Below, piece after piece: positions 59,998 to 64,000 of a stretch of 64,000 nt of DNA; the stretch's first letter is position 1; each line of letters starts with the position of its first letter. Source of the DNA: Sedimentisphaerales bacterium (GTDB lineage: Bacteria > Planctomycetota > Phycisphaerae > Sedimentisphaerales > Anaerobacaceae); the NCBI GenBank assembly GCA_963708075.1, contig OY970194.1, positions 6,048,001-6,112,000 of the forward strand. Direction: 5' to 3'. The position numbers were made by a program, and so were the translations under genes. Below the pieces are notes generated by a model that did no database searches, had not been told where the DNA came from, and saw only the letters and a list, made by a program, of their open reading frames with translations.

Positions 59998-61842
59998 ATG
60001 GGCAACACAGTCGACTTGTTTCAGCCGGAGCGTGTGAGCCTGGCTTTGCCGGCCGGTACGGTGGTCGTCTTCATCGACGGCGCGCTATGCGATGGTCTCG
60101 AGCCGGTGGAGATCGTCCGCGGAGGCTGGCCGGAATTCGGGCGTGCGAAACTGTTGTACAACCCGGCTACACGCCACGCCTCAGCGACACCAGGTGTTGT
60201 GTCCTTGTCAGAGGAGATTGAGGGCCACCTCGGCATGGGCAAGCACGTGAGCCTGCGGCAGCTTTTCAATGCCGCACCGCTGCAAACGGCCATGGATGAC
60301 CTTGTGCTCTTCGAGGGACAGATCGAAAGCATCGAAACCGCCATTGGCCCCGAAGGAGAGACTGTCGAGCTGACGGCCAGGGACTTCAGCGCTGTCCTCG
60401 AACACGTGACTGTGTATGGGCAGCATGTTGATGCATGCACTGGTGGCACCATCTTCCTGTCCGGCCTGGAGACGGCCTTCAACCCCGGCGGAAAGGGCAA
60501 TGCTGGGATGGAGCCGGCTGTAGCCAACGGGCAAACCTGCACGGTCTTCAGCGCAGAGGCCGCGGGAGCCAGAGCATGGCGATTGGCGGAGGTTATTGAG
60601 TACCTTCTGAAGGCGCACCTTCCTGCGGGGCGGCTGCACTGGCCTGGTATTGAGCAACTGCTTGCCCTGACAGAGGCTCGCGCAGCGCACGACTTGGACG
60701 TCACGGGCCTGAGCCTTCTCGAAGCCCTGCATCACTGCTGCGACTGGGCAGGTCTTCAGTTCCGGTTCGTACCGCGCTCGATCCAGACCGGGCCCCGCCA
60801 GGCAGTCGTCTTCTATCGGAACGGCCGGGGCCGCGTGATCGAACTGAATTGCCAGCCGGTGGGACAACCGTTGAGTCTGTCGCGGACCAGCATCGGTGCA
60901 CTGCATAGTCGGCGTGACGTCTATCCTCTCACGCATCGGTATATCGGCCAGGGCGATTTCAAGGTGTACGAGGCGACGTTCGAGCTCGTGAAGGCCTGGG
61001 ATCCCGCTCTGGAGGGCGTGAACTACTACACCTTCTGCCCATCAGCGAATCCGGAATTCCACAAGGTCAGGGATGTGTATCGCAGGTGGTGCCTTAATGA
61101 AGCGGGCGACTACTCCCGCGAACCCTATAGCCGTGGCCTACCCTGCGATCTCACGGGCATCTTTGAAGGCGGCAGCTATGTCCGTCGTCGCCGGAGATTC
61201 TGGCCGACCCTGAGTACGGACAGCCAAGGCAGGCCGCTGGGCTACTCACTGGAGGTTTCCTACGATGATGGTCTGAACTGGTGGCAGTATTTCCACGCCT
61301 TCAACAACCTGCTGGACGAATGTGGAATCTGGCTTTCCAACGACCAACTTGACGTGGATATATGGGTAGCCGTTCTGAAAGGGGTGTTGAGATTCCGGGT
61401 CACCGCCGCTGTCGTGAGCGACGAGCGGTTGACCTGCACGGTGGCGAATGGTCCGGTCGGTTCGACGGCCCCTGTAATCGACCACGTGCTCACGTTGCCC
61501 CGCCGGTTCCAGTATCGCAAGGTCTCGCCACACAGCGTGCTCGCCGGCACGGAGGGATTCGGCAAGCCCAATGAGGTTGATGACACAGCCGCCCTGTATG
61601 AGTTCGTCCGCCGGCACGCGTCGGCATCAGAGGCGATCATTGAAATAACTGACCTGCAAACACCCGCCCTCGCCTTGCACTTCGAGCCGGGCGATCGTGT
61701 GACCTCCGGCCCCGACAGTCGGGATCTGTTGAGCTGTCGGCGCGACAACCGGAGCCTCGTTTGGATAGATCATGTCCGCATGGATTTCAAGAGCCAATGC
61801 ACGCACCTGAGGCTCATCCGACAACGACCGTGGAGCGAATAG
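59998..61842 (+). CDS. Putative baseplate hub/Tal-like tail-tip protein
   Basis: LFEGQIE.I......ETVELTARD, L.VTGLSLLEAL...C..AG..F and C-terminal PGDRV motifs resemble gpD/Tal-like hubs. Confidence 0.55.
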   Translation: MGNTVDLFQPERVSLALPAGTVVVFIDGALCDGLEPVEIVRGGWPEFGRAKLLYNPATRHASATPGVVSLSEEIEGHLGMGKHVSLRQLFNAAPLQTAMDDLVLFEGQIESIETAIGPEGETVELTARDFSAVLEHVTVYGQHVDACTGGTIFLSGLETAFNPGGKGNAGMEPAVANGQTCTVFSAEAAGARAWRLAEVIEYLLKAHLPAGRLHWPGIEQLLALTEARAAHDLDVTGLSLLEALHHCCDWAGLQFRFVPRSIQTGPRQAVVFYRNGRGRVIELNCQPVGQPLSLSRTSIGALHSRRDVYPLTHRYIGQGDFKVYEATFELVKAWDPALEGVNYYTFCPSANPEFHKVRDVYRRWCLNEAGDYSREPYSRGLPCDLTGIFEGGSYVRRRRRFWPTLSTDSQGRPLGYSLEVSYDDGLNWWQYFHAFNNLLDECGIWLSNDQLDVDIWVAVLKGVLRFRVTAAVVSDERLTCTVANGPVGSTAPVIDHVLTLPRRFQYRKVSPHSVLAGTEGFGKPNEVDDTAALYEFVRRHASASEAIIEITDLQTPALALHFEPGDRVTSGPDSRDLLSCRRDNRSLVWIDHVRMDFKSQCTHLRLIRQRPWSE

Positions 61843-61910
61843 AGATTGTCCCGGCATGATGGGTGGGAGATCTGCCTGTTGGCCGACATCAGCCAGTAAT
61901 AAGGAGTCCC

Positions 61911-62243
61911 ATGGACAGCAGGAATGTCACAGATCAGCAGCAGCTTCTGGCCGAGCTGGCGCGGACCGGCTCAGAAAATCGGCAGGAGAGTGCCGTCGTC
62001 ATTTCGCCGGGAGCCAGAGTGGTCGGGTGGGCGGTCAAGGTAAAGAGCCACGTGGCGTACAACAGATACAAGGTGTGCGCCGTCGTCATAACCGTCCCCG
62101 GCTTGACGCCCATCGAGATCGGAGAACAAATGGAGGCGGTCAACCTCGCAGAGCCTTTCCTGAGTCAGGGCACTGTCGCCGCGGGCAAGTACGGCATCAT
62201 GTGTCGTGTGGGCGAGGTCAACGTCTTCTATGCCGTGCCGTAG
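61911..62243 (+). CDS. Hypothetical virion protein (possible spike/tip)
   Basis: AAGGAG RBS; beta-rich; directly after the hub-like gene. Confidence 0.55.
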   Translation: MDSRNVTDQQQLLAELARTGSENRQESAVVISPGARVVGWAVKVKSHVAYNRYKVCAVVITVPGLTPIEIGEQMEAVNLAEPFLSQGTVAAGKYGIMCRVGEVNVFYAVP

Positions 62244-62272
62244 CGCGCCGGCGGACTGAACAGGAGGCGATA

Positions 62273-62542
62273 GTGACTAAAGAAACAGCGACAGGCTGGC
62301 GATTTGACCGCCGGATCAATCTCTCGGTGCTGCTGCAACTCATGGTGCTCGTATCCCTGATCCTCGGAAGCTGGGTGAATCTGCAACGACAGCTCGACTT
62401 GCTCCAGCACGACGTCACCATACTGCTGCAAAGTCAGAAGGAGTTCCAGCAGAAGCTCGAATCACTATCTGAGCGAAGTCTGTCCTGTGAGTACCGCCTG
62501 CAAGCCCTGGAAAAGGAGACGGTAGACCACAGTCGCCTGTGA
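62273..62542 (+). CDS. Small TM + coiled-coil protein (holin-like)
   Basis: AGGAGG RBS, GTG start; GWRFDRRINLSVLLQLMVLVSLILGSW then a heptad coiled coil. Confidence 0.6.
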   Translation: MTKETATGWRFDRRINLSVLLQLMVLVSLILGSWVNLQRQLDLLQHDVTILLQSQKEFQQKLESLSERSLSCEYRLQALEKETVDHSRL

Positions 62543-62617
62543 AGTACCGTCAGCACAGGATGGATCGCGGATCCGTGAAGAGCATCCACTGATCGGGCGC
62601 GGCATGCGGCCTGAGTG

Positions 62618-63707
62618 TCACCAGATGAGACAGTTGCATTTGCGAGGATCACCCCGGCTTTTCAGATGATCCCAGACGTAGGGCGTTTCACGGCAGAGAC
62701 TGATAGATATGTGCTTGTTATGAGCGAGGATTGCATCGGTGAGGAGTCGATAGAACCCTATGCGTTGCTCAGGAGGATAGCGATACTTGCCGTCCGACGC
62801 TCTTTCCGTGAGAACCCATGCTTTGCAGTCGTGCGCCGCGATCACCGTAAGCCTGTCGGGCGAGTCTGAAGTGTCCGGGCAACAGCCGCAGCATGCCAAT
62901 CGTGATGTTCTCCGGTTCAAGGGCGGCAAGCGTTTCTCGAATCAATTCGGTGTAGTCGCGTTGCCAGTCAGAATAGAGGATGCCCGGATCGATACGCAGT
63001 CGGATGCGGTAGCCGTGTGCCTGGCACCGTCGCGCGGCGTGGATACGCTGCTCCAGACTCGCGGTACCCACTTCAAACGAGTCGATCATCGCCCGCGTAT
63101 TGAGGCTCCACGAGACCATGGTTTGGCTATTGGGCGTGAGACTCAGAAGGCCATCGACATTGGCGCTCTTAGTCAGCAGCATCAGATATCCGTTGGAGAG
63201 CCGGGAGAACAGCGGAACCAGTCGGGACGCCAACAAGCTGACATGGTCCAGGGCCAGACTGTCCAGCATCTCTCCCATGTTGAAGCTGATCGCATTCTGT
63301 GCACAAGCGGTCAGATCGCGAATCTCGTCGCACATTTTGCCGTAGTTGATGTTCAATTTGATGAAAGGAAGGTGATCCCGGTAGACATAAGCGAGATAGC
63401 AATAGGTACAATAATAAGGGCAGCCGTTCGAGATGGGCACGAGCTTGACATACGATGCACACCGCACGCTGCTGCCGAGACAGCCGTCAAAGTGGCGCAG
63501 GAACGAGGAGGCCTCGCCAATCATCAGGACTCTCTTGCCGGCGACTATGGCGGGCCTGGAGGGATGCTGCGGCAGAACCACGTCCCGCTGGCGGTCCACG
63601 ATCTGGACGTGTGCTTCCGGGAACATCCCGATGATGCGGGCAGCTTCCTTATGTCGCTGCAGCTTGCGCAACAAGTAGATGGTACTCGGTCTGAATGCCT
63701 GGGCCAT
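62618..63707 (-). CDS. Spore photoproduct lyase (SplB)-like radical SAM protein; +1 frameshift at 62810-62816
   Basis: GCPYYCTYCYL, GEMLDSL, LLTKS.NV, SWSLN, E.GTASL.QRI.AA; C-terminus DGKYRY..R..LC.E..CNC in the next frame. Confidence 0.85.
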
Positions 63708-63794
63708 ATCCACGGCAGTCTCCGTTTGTGAAATCCCTGAACGACCATTGTACGCGTGAATACGAAAAAACGCATGACAATCCAGGAGGCAATT

Positions 63795-64000
63795 ATGAAG
63801 ACACTCTTTGCAGGACGCACAGGCAGATTGGCCACCATGATCCTCATCAAGGTTCTGATGGTATCCTTCCCCACAGGCCTGCTCTGCGGCTGCGACAGCC
63901 TGCGGCTGGCGCCAAGCGAGCAGCAGAAACAGAACGCCTGGCTGCACAACCGCACGGCGACGGTTGCCGCGGAGACGGCGCGGGCGGAGCCGACCTCACA
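63795..64000 (+). CDS. Lipoprotein, 5' part only (runs off the window)
   Basis: AGGAGG RBS; MKTLFAGRTGRLATMILIKVLMVSFPTGLLCGC-DSLRLAPSEQQKQNAWLHNRT..; open to the window end. Confidence 0.65.
   Translation, partial: MKTLFAGRTGRLATMILIKVLMVSFPTGLLCGCDSLRLAPSEQQKQNAWLHNRTATVAAETARAEPTS

Noticed and set aside
54818..63707. Pseudogenisation of virion genes and the SplB-like gene
   Set aside because: All breaks are +1 at the same GGTTCTC/GAGAACC motif with no in-frame stops after correction, so a systematic sequencing error is more likely.
47125..64000. Ordinary intact temperate prophage
   Set aside because: No integrase, replication module or att sites are in view, and the terminase genes lie about 9 and 27 kb from the portal among housekeeping genes. 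Not fully excluded, because the cluster runs off the window.

Overview
GC-rich bacterial chromosome segment, most likely from an anaerobic Planctomycetota (Phycisphaerae/Sedimentisphaerales-like; inferred from dockerin-like modules, the PGNLR-type EF-P and the DUF4190/DUF2752 genes). Housekeeping genes (ligA, ribD, dxs, nadK, groES, topA, rpiB, rsmI, rsmE, an RluA-family gene, efp, mug, treZ) are interleaved with secreted enzymes. A chaperone-like protein/giant secretin/lipoprotein operon opens the window. The main observation is a phage-derived head and packaging system split over several loci. A + strand virion operon (portal, scaffold, DUF5309-type capsid, adaptor, LamG/FN3, hub-like and holin-like genes; 50675 to the window end) is divergent from a minus-strand series HTH regulator > ABC ATPase > GNAT > ParB > [5 kb] > TerS-like > [18 kb] > intact TerL. 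I see no integrase, replication genes, sheath or tape measure in the window, and host-type heptamer palindromes sit at many gene junctions. This fits a domesticated, gene-transfer-agent-like element (inference). Five of six apparent frameshifts fall on the same GGTTCTC/GAGAACC motif, which points to a systematic, possibly methylation-linked, sequencing error at GGTCTC rather than gene decay. Several candidate sRNAs and REP-like palindromes are present, some inserted in-frame in proteins. No rRNA, tRNA or CRISPR array was recognised. All family assignments come from reading motifs by eye; no database searches were run.
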